Shown here: positions 10,701 to 21,268 of the stretch, one piece after another
How positions within the stretch are numbered: the stretch's first letter is position 1
Layout of the letters: the number at the start of each line of letters is the position of its first letter
Assembly: GCA_030704615.1 (NCBI GenBank)
Contig: CM060733.1
Location: 43,958,001 to 44,022,000, forward strand
DNA length: 64,000 nt
DNA from: Takakia lepidozioides
Taxonomy: Eukaryota; Plantae; Bryophyta
Direction of reading: 5' to 3'
Translations under genes and position numbers: made by a program
Notes under the pieces: generated by a model
Told to the model about the DNA's origin: nothing
The model's database searches: none
Seen by the model: only the letters and a program-made list of their open reading frames with translations

Positions 10701-13643
10701 ACACTCGTTTCATTGCTTGCTCGCTGTTCAGCTGGTTTTTGAACTCGTACGATCTGGAGATTCCTTTGTCTTTTTCAAACTCCCTGAAGAAGCAATTGTT
10801 CCAGACAGCGAGCTTCCACCTCCTGATATAGGCCTCCAGTGTGATCCGGGGGCAAGCCATCTGGATTTTGTAGTCTGCCATCGACTCAGCAAGTGCAGCC
10901 ACTGCACGTTTTTCTAACTGCATCAAGAAAGCTTGTAAGACATTTGGAGAGGTTGGGAGCGGAATTACGGAGCAACACACATGTCTGAAAATGGTTTGGT
11001 GGTATCCTTACCTGGCTCCAAAATGTGGCTTTGTGTAGCCACTGGTCGAATGTCTGGTCGCTTACAACTTTTATTGCTTGTGTCTTCGGGTCTCTCTCTG
11101 GAGTTGGAAACATATTCGTGTCTCTCACAAGAGGATCCGAGTTCCATATCTCCAACCACCTGATTTTCGTTGCATTGTCCACCATTGAAATGGAAAGGCG
11201 ATGTAGTTTCTCCTGAGTCATTTCTGGCTTGGAGCCAAACTTGTCATAGTGCACTTTCACCTGCTCCAGAAATTCTGTGCCAAGCCCTGGATCTGCTATC
11301 CTGATTTGTTTGTCGAATGCACTCATGAGATTCTTCCTTTGATTATTCATCTCGAACTTCATCGTGTCCTCAAGCCCAGATGCAGACCGCTGCTCTTCAG
11401 TGTGGGAATCATAGTACTCAGCTTTCGCCTTCAAGCCAGTTTCTGCTATTTCTTGCTGCATACATTGCAGGTAAAAAGAATGAAACACTGTCAGTACTTG
11501 TGAGAAAATAGTAACAACAGGTAGTGTCAAGAAGCTTGCAGTGTCAAAAAGCAAGCAGTGTCAAGAAGCTTACAGTGTACATGTAGTCAAGGAAAGCCTC
11601 TCTTGTCAAGCTATACCATGTGCTTGTCTTCTTCTCAGCACACCTCTTCATCTGCTGTGGACTAAGCACGTTTGTGAATGACTCCAGTGGCATCAGCCCT
11701 ACCTTCTGGATGCGGAATAGAGTGTGGCACAGATTGGTGGTCACATGAGATGTTTCGTTGGACCTGGAAAAACCGTCAACTCATAAGATGATTTCTAATT
11801 GTCGAAACGAGGAACAGACACAAAGATGGAGACTTACTTATTTATGTCGTGCATGGCTGTCAAGAGCTGCGTGACATGCCCTTTGTGATCCAGAACCATG
11901 GAAACCACGCTCCAGTGCCATTCGATGTCGTCAGAGTGCATGCTTGAAATGTAATCCATCCAGGCAAGCAGTCTGTGGTTCCCATCCCAGACAAAAAACA
12001 TCTTCCCCATGAATGCTTTTGTGGAGGTCTTCTTCGACAGCTTGAACTCGAACTCCCTGTTCACATCCCGCCAGCATTCATCCCAACTTTGCTCAATGTC
12101 CTCTGTTACAAGACACTCCTCTCCTTTTGTGTTCATAGTGGATACGTAGAACACTGCTGATCCCTTCACATAGCCGTGAACAAAGTCGTTCTTCAACTTT
12201 GTTATATCATTCCTCAATGCCGGTCGAACAGCGGGCATGGAGATCATCCTGCAAAGCGGAATGACCAGGTTTCCGCCGGGAACCTCCATCGACAGAATCA
12301 CCTTCGACGAGTTCACTTTTTGCCCACCCATTATCTCCTCGGCCTTGTCTTCATAGTGTCCCTCCAGTGACTCTTCATCACCTTCACCTTCTGAAGCGGC
12401 CAAATCTTCCCCCTCGGCTTTCCTTTTTCTTTTCCTCTGCACAGAATTAATAATCTGTGAGTGTGAGATTGAGCTCCCATGCATCAACCTTGCTTTGACG
12501 CAAGGTTGATTGATGGGGAAGTAACTTAGACTGAAAGGCATACAGGAAAGACGTTTGGACCCAAATTATGTTTTGCGTTGACGCAGGGTTCTTTTGGGAG
12601 CCTCGAAGAATGAACTTTCCCTACCTTACAGTGAGGAGAGTGGGATATCGGACGCATCCATTGTGCAAAGCTATCATGAAAACCAGCCTTGCGTCAACGC
12701 AAGGTTGATTCCTGTGCAGCCTCTGTTGGTTTCACTACAAGCTCTAAACATACAATATGCAGGTTGGGATCAACCTTGCGTTGACGCAAGGTTGATTGCG
12801 AGCTGTCTTATCGGGGTTCAGCAAAGCAAAAATGTACAGTAAATGGAGACTCCTGTCTCTGCTTCGTCTTTGAAATCCATGATGCGTCGGAAGCATCCAT
12901 GTCTCTCTACCTTGATTGTAGTGCAGTTTCTACACTGTTTAATGCCCAGCAAAAAAGCATTGAGGTCGACTTCAACCTTGCGTTGACGCAAGGTTGATGT
13001 CCACCTCAATGCTTAGCATGAAACAGTACAGATTGTGGTGCAGTATCTGCACTGATTTGAGCCCAGCAAATACACTTTGGAGGTCGACTTCAACCTTGCG
13101 TTGACGCAAGGTTGATGTCGTCCTCAATGCTTAGCATGAAACAGAGAGAGAAAAAGACAGAAACAGAGAGAGAAAAAGAAATTTCGTAGCTACCTGGGGT
13201 TTCTGCTTTGCACTTGATGATGCTCCTGTCGCGTTCAATTTTTCCATGCGGTCTTCAGGTAGCATGCTTCCAAGGAGGTCGCGATGGTGCGAAACAGGGG
13301 CAGACGGCCGCGTTCCTACGTCCGTTTGTTCTCCCTGGTCTTTGAAGGCCAGGTTCTGTACACTCACTGCTTCCTCCCGAGCCCAACTTACTTCCTCCTC
13401 ATCCCCTCCTTCGATTGCAGGTTGCTCGTCTGTCGCCTCCTGGATCACTTCAAGACCTTCCTCTCCACACTGCGGTTGCCGTATCCTCTTTTGCCCTTCC
13501 TCTTCCTCATCTCGCGGGGTTTCTTCTCCCATTCTAAGCTCCCGTCTCGCCTTTCTCATCCTCTCCTTAGCGCGTGCCCTTTCCTTGTTTGACGTGAAAT
13601 ACAGTGTTCTTCGACGCCTGCTTCTCCCTCGAAGTAGGGACAC
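7718..13643 (-). CDS. Multi-exon ParB/Srx-like plus beta-class N4C/N6A DNA methyltransferase-like protein (element D)
   Basis: Exon ORFs in order: 13131-13643 (charged N-terminus); 11834-12541 (FFVWDGNHRLLAW); 10582-11744 (predicted helical); 9211-9831; 8715-9098 (VVLDIPDG, LSDSGALLL); 8006-8653 (EKSPAF, GGRVVDLSMGTG); 8097-8348 (AGRHFFGMEAD); 7718-7987. GT-AG boundaries seen, e.g. intron 11764-11837. Full exon model and intactness not resolved. Confidence 0.8.
9955..13115. repeat. Intronic palindromes CAACCTTGCGT(TG/CA)ACGCAAGGTTG in D (about 12 copies)
   Basis: Centres at 9971, 10066, 10161, 10298, 10455, 10556, 12496, 12579, 12695, 12782, 12984 and 13102. Confidence 0.9.
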
Positions 13644-14304
13644 CGTCTCTGCGGAATCCAGGGTTGCAAAGAAAATGAGTTACTCAGGAAAAACGAACAC
13701 TATCTGAGGTTCATCGCGGGGCCTTCAACGCCAAGATGTTCGCTCGGACCGTTCAGTGCGCCACCGACTCAATCCACATGCATGGCGAACACGTGTCTAT
13801 GTAGTCGTTATGTAAAACGGCCGGAATTATTGAAACATCATCCTTCCAAAAATGTAATCGGGGTATCTCTACCCCTATGTTTAACGGCGGAGATCAATGA
13901 ATCATCATCCTTACAAAATTCGTTGGGGTCTAACCCTATGTATAACGGCAGATATCATTCAAACATCATCCATCCAAAAATCGTTAGGGTGTAATCGACT
14001 CTCATCTGAAAAAATTCATTGTTGGGTAATTTAGGGTGGAATGTTCCAGAGGAATGAGAATTATATTCAGTTGTGCAGCGGTGCAGTCGCCGTCAAAATT
14101 TAATGGAAATGGGCATCTCTTCTGGCCTCCCTGACATGACAACGACATTGGCGGCTCTGTCAGTGAATCTGTCAGCTATTGCACTGGTGGGGCAATTCTG
14201 AGAGAACAATTGTGTATGAGGACGCCAAAACTCCACTCTCACACAACCTGCATTCAGAAGCACCATCGGACTTTGAACTGTACTTTCTGTAGCAACATCG
14301 ACAT

Positions 14305-17300
14305 ATGGCTTCCCAGGCTGTGGGCTCCCTTGACGCGGACTTCTTCAGTGACGACCACCCTGTTCCATTTTCTTACGAGGTGGAAGATGATGGTTTTGCG
14401 GTGGTTCATGAACTCGTCCTCGCAACGCAGTTTCGGTTGGAAAATGGTAGTCTATTCCTTCAGAGGGAAGTGTACGATGCCAATGGAAAACTGCTCAAGT
14501 ACGCATTCCAGAAACCATCGCAAACTGCACCAACCACGCAATGGAGAGTGCCTCCAGGCAGATACAGGGTGCTCAGTGCTCCTCTGAGACAGTCTGCAGG
14601 ATCGTTCGTAACTCCTGGCACGGCAGCATCAGTGGCCCAGGAGAAGACACCAGTGGTTGTGAAGAAGGAGGCGACTGCCGTTAACACTGTAGTTGACCTT
14701 TCGGACTCATCCTCCGATGACACATGTGCAATTCCGCCTGTGGATCAGCCATGTCCACATGTAGAACCAGATGTGGAGGAGATCTCCAGTGTCATTCCTA
14801 AATTGAAAGCGATGGGTGGGATGGCAGGATTCAAGAGTGAGTTGAGGGGGATAGACTGGAGCACTTTCAATATTGAAAGGGTGGCATTCTTGCCGGAATC
14901 GTTTGATGGTAATACTGTTTTTGAGCTGCCTCCTCCTGGTCGCGTGGGGGGGATTTCCAGTCTCCTGGAAGGAATGGACAAAAAGCACGATGGGCACCCT
15001 TGGTGCCGCACAAAAACATCCAATATTCACAACAACGACAACCTCATATTCAGGCGAACAGTCTGTAATGGGCACCTGAAATGCAGACACTTCGCATTGT
15101 CAGGTGTGCAAAACCAAAGCGAATGGGATGGAGTCAGTGAGAATCCATTCAAGCCTGGGGTAACACCACCATACAGTAACACTTTTGTGTGCAAGTTCTG
15201 TAGGGTACCACCTTGCTGCCTTGCTTTGTGTGGCGCCAGAATGTATTATGTGGTGCATCGATTCAAAAACCTGACTAGAGCCTGTGTCCATTTCGGTTTT
15301 CACAACCACCCTGTGTCCAAGGGGGATTATAGGGAGAGCGTTGACACAGTCTCTCGTCTGATAAGGCAAGAGTTGGATACCAATCCAACTGGCACCACAT
15401 CTGCAATTGCCATGGGGGCGAGCAAGTCCTTTCTGGAAAGCCGTATTCTGTGTGCATCAAATTCGGTTGGAGGAATGCTGGAAGGACCAGCTTTGGACAC
15501 TGTTATGGACCATTTCTCTGCTTTGACTTCTCCAAACATTAGGAATCAGGTGAACGCTTTAAGAATGGGCTCTGGGAGCCGAGGTTATATGGACAATATT
15601 ATGGATTTGAAGAAAAGAGCATGTACGACTACATCCAAGACAGCGTTTTCCCGGGACAAGGAGCCAGGAAAGTGTTCTTGTTCAAAATGTCCACAAAAGG
15701 TGAGGGCAGCGGGGTCAGCCTGGTTAAACGTATGCAGAAGGGTGGCGATCTTGGCAACTGCTTCCTTATGTTCGATCATGTCAAGAGAGTTAAAGACTGG
15801 ACCACAATGGCATGTCATGTTTACGACCCTGTGTACCAGCGGGTCATGACAATTGCAGTGTGTGACATGCAGTCAGAGGACACAGATTCACAGCAGCTCA
15901 TGTGGGAAGCTCTCATTCGTGTTATGGCCTCCAATGGTCTCCCATCTCCCAATTTCGTTGGTTTCATGGCCGATAGTGCTCAAGCTAACTTCAACGCTGT
16001 CCGCATTGTGTTCGGGTCGGGAGATCCAAAAGTGCCAATGCCTGGAAGAGAACGTACGTGTCTTTTCCATTGGACACAATCCCTCGACAAACACACAAAG
16101 ACGTACATCAAGCCAGATATGCAGAGTATGCATCGTCAACTGTGCAAACAGTACAAAGACGCCAAAACTATGGGGGAAGCGAATACATTGTTCCAGACAA
16201 TTCGTGCCTGGTGGTACTCATCTGGAGCGGCATCGGAGGACAGCATGAGGGCACTGCAAGACTGGTTCGCATTTTGGCACTTCCGTTACCGACAGTGGGG
16301 AGCGGCCATGACAACGGTGAGTGGTTTGCATTCAAAAGTTTGTTTGGGTGCTTCCAATATATCTTTCAGGGTCCAACTCTAATATGGGCTTTGTGTTTTT
16401 TTGCCTTGCAGCATATGTCCATTGAGGAGATGGCGGACATGCCTTCTTGCAATCTTGCGGAGACAGTGCACAATGCCTGGTTGCAGCAATCCGGCAAAAA
16501 AGGGAGAGATTTGTATGCAGCGACGGCCGATGACCTTATTCGTGCTCTACAGCAGCAAACCAGATACAGGTCATTCTTGAGGGGTGGCCTTGGTGGCAAA
16601 GGTCCGGACAGGAGCGAGTTGATGTTGCGGGCAGCTGGAAGATCAGGGGATCCTAGCAAAATAGCGCGGGCAGTGAGCATATGTGCAGATGGCACCCCTC
16701 TCGTGGGAAGAGTTCCCCATCTGGAAGGCGAAGAGAGATTCGGGTCTTGCAAACGGAAATTGGACACCCCTCCGGGATCGGATGCAGATTCCCATAGGGC
16801 GGACAGGGTCAACTTCTCGACGCCACGTGTTCCCTTGGATCAGAGATGGAATTGCGGAACATCCACAGGTGAGGGCTACTCTGCCCCAGACCGGACCCCT
16901 GCATCAAGCACTGTCACTGCAATGGTTGAAGACCAGAACGTGGTGTCGCATATAATCGAGTCTGAGGGCTTGGACGATGTTTGGCATATAGAACGCACAA
17001 GTGCTGGATCGCGTGTGAAATGCGCGGCGATCAGGGCCACCAATCATGAAAAATGTACATCATTAATATCCAGAGGGAAAGAACGCACTGCAGCTCCTAC
17101 ATTCACGGGTTTGTTTCTCCCTTACGGACAAGGCGAGGCAAAGAACCACAAGTTTTGGTTCTGCGCTGACGATTGTGGGAGATGTGTGCATGGGACAGTG
17201 AGGCCTTCCGTGGTAAGGAAGCCTACTCCACCAACCGTGTGGCCTGTGAAGATGGGCACAGGTCTCACTCATCGAGAGATTGCAATGCTGGAAGAGGCGG

Positions 17301-17794
17301 GTTTCTCCCTAGCCAGACATTCCATTGCACGTGAAGGTGCTTCAAGTGGAAGCGGTTCACGGGTACCTCCGCCTGACGCTCACTTGTGGCCAACCAGACG
17401 GAACGGGAAGCTTGTTCGACGATTCCCTCCAACCGCAGAACACTACGGCAAAATTGAGTCCGCCAGAATGCTTCACGCTCGTGTTGCGGGAACAATGGAA
17501 GTGCCTGATCCAGGGTATGGTCGGGTCTTCACCATGATCTCATCCGCATCTGCGCTGCAGGACAGGACGTACGAAATCACTGTTTCCAATTTTCCCAATT
17601 GTACATGTCCAGATTTTGTTGGTATGCTTTCAAGTAGTTTGGGAAAGAGAGGGAAGTTCATACCGTGCAAACACCTTTACTTCGTCTTCTTGAGAAGGAT
17701 GGTTTGTGATCCAAAGCGCGACTTCTTCATTCACCAAGCCACTATGAGTTTCAACGAAGTCAACACACTTCTACAGCGGGATACAAGCCCATAA
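14305..17794 (+). CDS. MULE-type transposase of D: GCM/WRKY-like Zn domain, DDE core, Cys-rich domain, SWIM finger; one 1-nt frameshift
   Basis: DGHPW...CNGHLKC...CKFC...HFGFHNHP; MFDH, FMADSAQA, CLFHW, NLAETVH; CTCPDF...CKH. Phase-0 intron 16317-16411. Frameshift in the A-run near 15612-15620. Confidence 0.9.
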
Positions 17795-17975
17795 AAATCG
17801 GTGTTTTCCTTGACTACAACTTGTAATGGAATGACTGTTCAAGTCCAGTGGCTCTCAATGTATGACGTCTAACATATTTGCTATGCGTGGGTCAATGCAT
17901 TTGTCGCATTGGTTTGTCATTCTCTTTTCATTAGCAAACAGAAGAAACTACCTTCAGATAGACAGATGATCAAAT

Positions 17976-18210
17976 CAACCTCGTCTCAACACGAGGTTTA
18001 CTTGAAGTTCTCCAAATCCTCCTTGTGTTGACACAAGGATGATTTTAGTTCTCAGAAAACAACATCGTGTCAACACGAAGTTCATTTTTGTTCCAGGAAA
18101 ACAACCTTGTGTTAACACGAGGTTTTGTTGAAGTTCTCCAAATCCCCCTTGTGTCGACACGAGGTTCATTTCAGTTCTACGAAATGAAGCTCCTGTTAAC
18201 AGAAGGTTGA
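17976..18210. repeat. Six palindromes (CCTYGTGT-NN-ACACRAGG type) at exact 42-bp period, 3' of the D transposase
   Basis: Centres at 17987, 18029, 18071, 18113, 18155 and 18197. Confidence 0.9.
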
Positions 18211-18448
18211 ACTCCAGAAGCCCAAAACCCTTCATCCGTTTCACCTTCATGTGGTGAAATCAGCAGTTGGGGGCTCCACGGTTATAGGCCCACCTTCTTT
18301 GTGGTGACGTGGCATGACCTGGACCAGGCTCACGCCACGTCAGCATTAGCGCCATGTCAGCAGCGTGAGCGTAGGCTCACGCCACGTCATCATTGTGTGA
18401 GCGTACGCTCACACGCTCACGCGCCAGGCTCACGCGGTAGCGTCGTTG

Positions 18449-18616
18449 CAATTGTTGTAGGTATAGGGGAGTAATTTCTAATTCCACTCCCTTCACTGTT
18501 GTTGCTCCTGTCTTAGGCTTGAAGTTCTGCAAGAATTGTAACATGTACTGTCGATGGTGCAATGTCCAATCTTTGTTTTGCAATCCTTGCAATCTCAGCT
18601 CCTTCAGTAACTGTAC
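18449..18616 (-). pseudogene. Continuation of R1 extra-ORF fragment
   Basis: VQLLKELRLQGLQNKDW...YLQQL matches R1b 31318-31488. Confidence 0.9.
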
Positions 18617-20095
18617 TGTAGTGTGAATGCAGGGGAGTGACATTTCATTTTGTCTTACCGTTAAGACCCTGCATCACTACAACGGGAGTGCCCGTTGTAC
18701 AATTGCAAGAGGGATATATCCCTCCTTACAGGTAATTTCATGGGCATACTGTGCTTATGCTTTGCCAGGATAAAAATGGCTAAGTCATGACCATGCGTAT
18801 TTTCATCCGTAGGATGAACGTTTTCATCCGTAGGATGCACGTTTTCATCCCAGGTGTTTAACCTAGAAACGCGGGTTGAGGAAAACGAAGAGGAAGATGA
18901 CGGGCAACTCTTAGCAGCTGCTGCGAGCAGTGGGGTTGTCAGGGTCGTCTGTTTTTGGGAGGTTGTACCTACGCCATGGGACTCTGCTTGGCTTAGAGAG
19001 CAGCATTAAGTGCTTCTGCTTGGTATTCTGTGTAAAGGGAAGCGGTGCCGCTTCTCTCGTAGTGATGATCAATTCCTGGAGTAGGAGCATGTGAGAAGAG
19101 CGGCGCACCACCGCTGTCGCCATTGCCTTGAAGAAAACAGTTATGGGCAGATGAGCAAGCAAGGAAAACGGCCAACTGCTGGAAGCACAAGGAAGTGAGT
19201 TGTGGGCACAATCAATGGAGGGGATGAGGCATGTGAAGTGCTGGCTGGATGGCAACTCAGTTTATCTGTAATCAAAGCTTATAGCTGCTTTTGTGTCTTC
19301 TTACTATAGGACCATGTCAATTCTTAGGGAAGAATTGCACGCATAGAAGGATAGAGTATTTAGTTGGCAAGCCACAGGATGTTCCATAGGATGAAGAGGA
19401 GCCATCATGGCATGATAAATACTGGAATCAAGACAAGGAGAATAGGTTGAAGTGGCTGCTGACAGGCGATGGTGAGGTGCCATCTTGGCAGGCACATCCA
19501 CCGCTTCGCTGGAGGATAAAACAGATAAGTTCGTAGACTGTTGGCTTCGGTTTTTGGGGGTAGTGACTTAGAAATCGTTTTGGTGTGGATTAAGGACTGG
19601 CTCTTGGTAGAGGAGAAGGAGGTAGAGACATGTGATAGAGGAAAAGGCTTTTGGAAATGGAATGGAGACTCTGGACTTCAAACCAGGATAGGGAAAGGAT
19701 GGATGCATCTGATGTTATAGTGTCAGTAGGAGAAATGAGTGGGGGGAGAGATTGCTTGTCACTAAATCAGAATGGTCACTGTTTGTCTTCATTCTTGTTC
19801 TTTGTTTCAGTGTTATAAACCTGCACACAATGCTGCCCTGGGTATTGATACACTGGAACCAATGTAGACCTAGCTTGGCTGATTGAAAACACCAGTGAGG
19901 GTTAGTTAGAACTGTTGAAAACAGAGAAAGGATAATGTGGATGGGGAAGCAATACCGACACTGATTTGGTTTTTGGAACTGATTTCCAATATGGTCTCAG
20001 GGTATGAACAACTGAGGTTCACAGTAGAAAGGCTGAGAGCTGTTTGGGCAATGGCTTCTTTTGGAAAAAGGTAGTGTGAAGGGTTGGACATTGGC

Positions 20096-20132
<37 letters not shown>

Positions 20133-20814
20133 ATGAATGGGATGGTTATGCCTTGTGTGACCGAGGATGATTTCAAGGCTGGGTGCACTGGATGCCTGGC
20201 TGAGTTGTGCATTGCATTGCATTGTAGATATGCTGCTGTTGAAGAAGTGAGGAACCTGTAGACCAAGATTAGAGAGAGAGAGAAAAGGATTTGGGAAGGG
20301 AGAGAGCTGCTCAGTAAAAGGGGTTGATGGGGGATGGCCCAATTTGGGGAGATGAGATGAAGAAAACATGAACCCTGAAAGAGACCAGTGGCCCTGCAGT
20401 TCATGGCAGATCTGAGCTGCCTCCCTCTAAATCTGTGTCACCATTACAAAGGGGGCTTCCGACGTGTCACTGCTCAAGGGAGCTTCACATTAAGGGTCGT
20501 GTTCGGCGCTGTCATAGGGCTGGTTGCATCACAGAAAAGATCATGGCAGCACTGGTGGCGCTGTGATCATAGGGCAAGGCTGTTGTATAAAAGTAGAATC
20601 AAGAGCAAGAACAATTCAAAAACTCCCCATCCATGTCTTCTCTTCCGCTGCGGCGTGGATGAGGATTGCATGAACTCTGATCATGAACAAACTAAGGGAA
20701 ACCCACAGCCATGTGAAGATGGTTGGATCACTAGAGCGCTCCTTCCTTTGCTGTAACTTTAACTGGGGAGGAGTACAGATTGGAATCACCCAGAAGGGGA
20801 TTCACGCCCCTTCG
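18617..20814 (+). repeat. Probable 5' LTR of Ty3/gypsy element R2 (about 2.2 kb; contains (AG)n near 20098-20129)
   Basis: Begins TGTAGTGTGAAT exactly where R1 homology stops and ends just before the PBS. The last bases are CG rather than CA, and there is no second LTR to confirm. Confidence 0.65.
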
Positions 20815-20816
20815 TT

Positions 20817-20829
20817 TGGTATCAGAGCC
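20817..20829 (+). promoter_or_regulatory. Primer binding site, tRNA-iMet type
   Basis: TGGTATCAGAGCC, the canonical plant iMet PBS. Confidence 0.9.
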
Positions 20830-20869
20830 TCGTTAAATCGTGATATCTACTAGCTAGGGATCTTGATTT

Positions 20870-21196
20870 GTGTTGGATGGTTTGATGGCAGGCAGAGACC
20901 ATACACTGATTCCTGATGAACCAAGCATTGGAGATGTGCTGATTTGCTTCAGCCGACGCTCACCAAATGCCTACGCAGACCCTTGTTTGTACTTCTTCAA
21001 CCCTGCTTGGAGAATAGCTGATGGTGATTTATGTCTTAGAGTGATACATGCTGGTGGAAGAACAACCATAGTACTTTGGATAAGAGAGTTAGGAAGGTGG
21101 GAGAAGATAAATACCATGGCACGAGAAGTGACATGGGGAGGTAGAGTAGAGATGTTGCGAAATGGACAGTGGGAGTGGTATAGAGGTCAGCATTAA
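20870..21196 (+). CDS. Small extra ORF between PBS and gag of R2, unknown function
   Basis: 108-aa open frame, Trp-rich with globular-looking composition. No recognised motif. Confidence 0.4.
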   Translation: MLDGLMAGRDHTLIPDEPSIGDVLICFSRRSPNAYADPCLYFFNPAWRIADGDLCLRVIHAGGRTTIVLWIRELGRWEKINTMAREVTWGGRVEMLRNGQWEWYRGQH

Positions 21197-21268
21197 GGGT
21201 GTTTCAGAAAAATTAGAATCAGAATTAGGTGTTAAAACCAGTTTGAACTCAGACTAGAGAGTAGAAGA

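Larger units (their letters stand above)
7181..18448 (+). mobile_element. MULE-like element D, about 11.3 kb, apparently full length
   Basis: 9-bp TSD CAATTGTTG at 7172-7180 and 18449-18457. Imperfect TIRs GGGGAATGCTTGCGCATGAGCCTGGC / CAACGACGCTACCGCGTGAGCCTGGC. Subterminal GTGAGC repeats. Removing it restores the R1 reading frame. Confidence 0.95.

Noticed and set aside
7718-13643. Bacterial or phage contamination as the source of the ParB-MTase
   Set aside because: The gene has GT-AG introns at conserved positions and lies inside TSD-bounded elements nested in plant-type retrotransposons.
15600-15630. Programmed -1 frameshift between GCM and DDE domains (seen in both D and C)
   Set aside because: The two shifts are at different positions, no slippery heptamer was seen, and copy F reads through the C site in frame.
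18911-20756. Short ORFs within the R2 LTR region as host genes
   Set aside because: No recognisable motifs; they overlap a microsatellite and lie in the inferred LTR.
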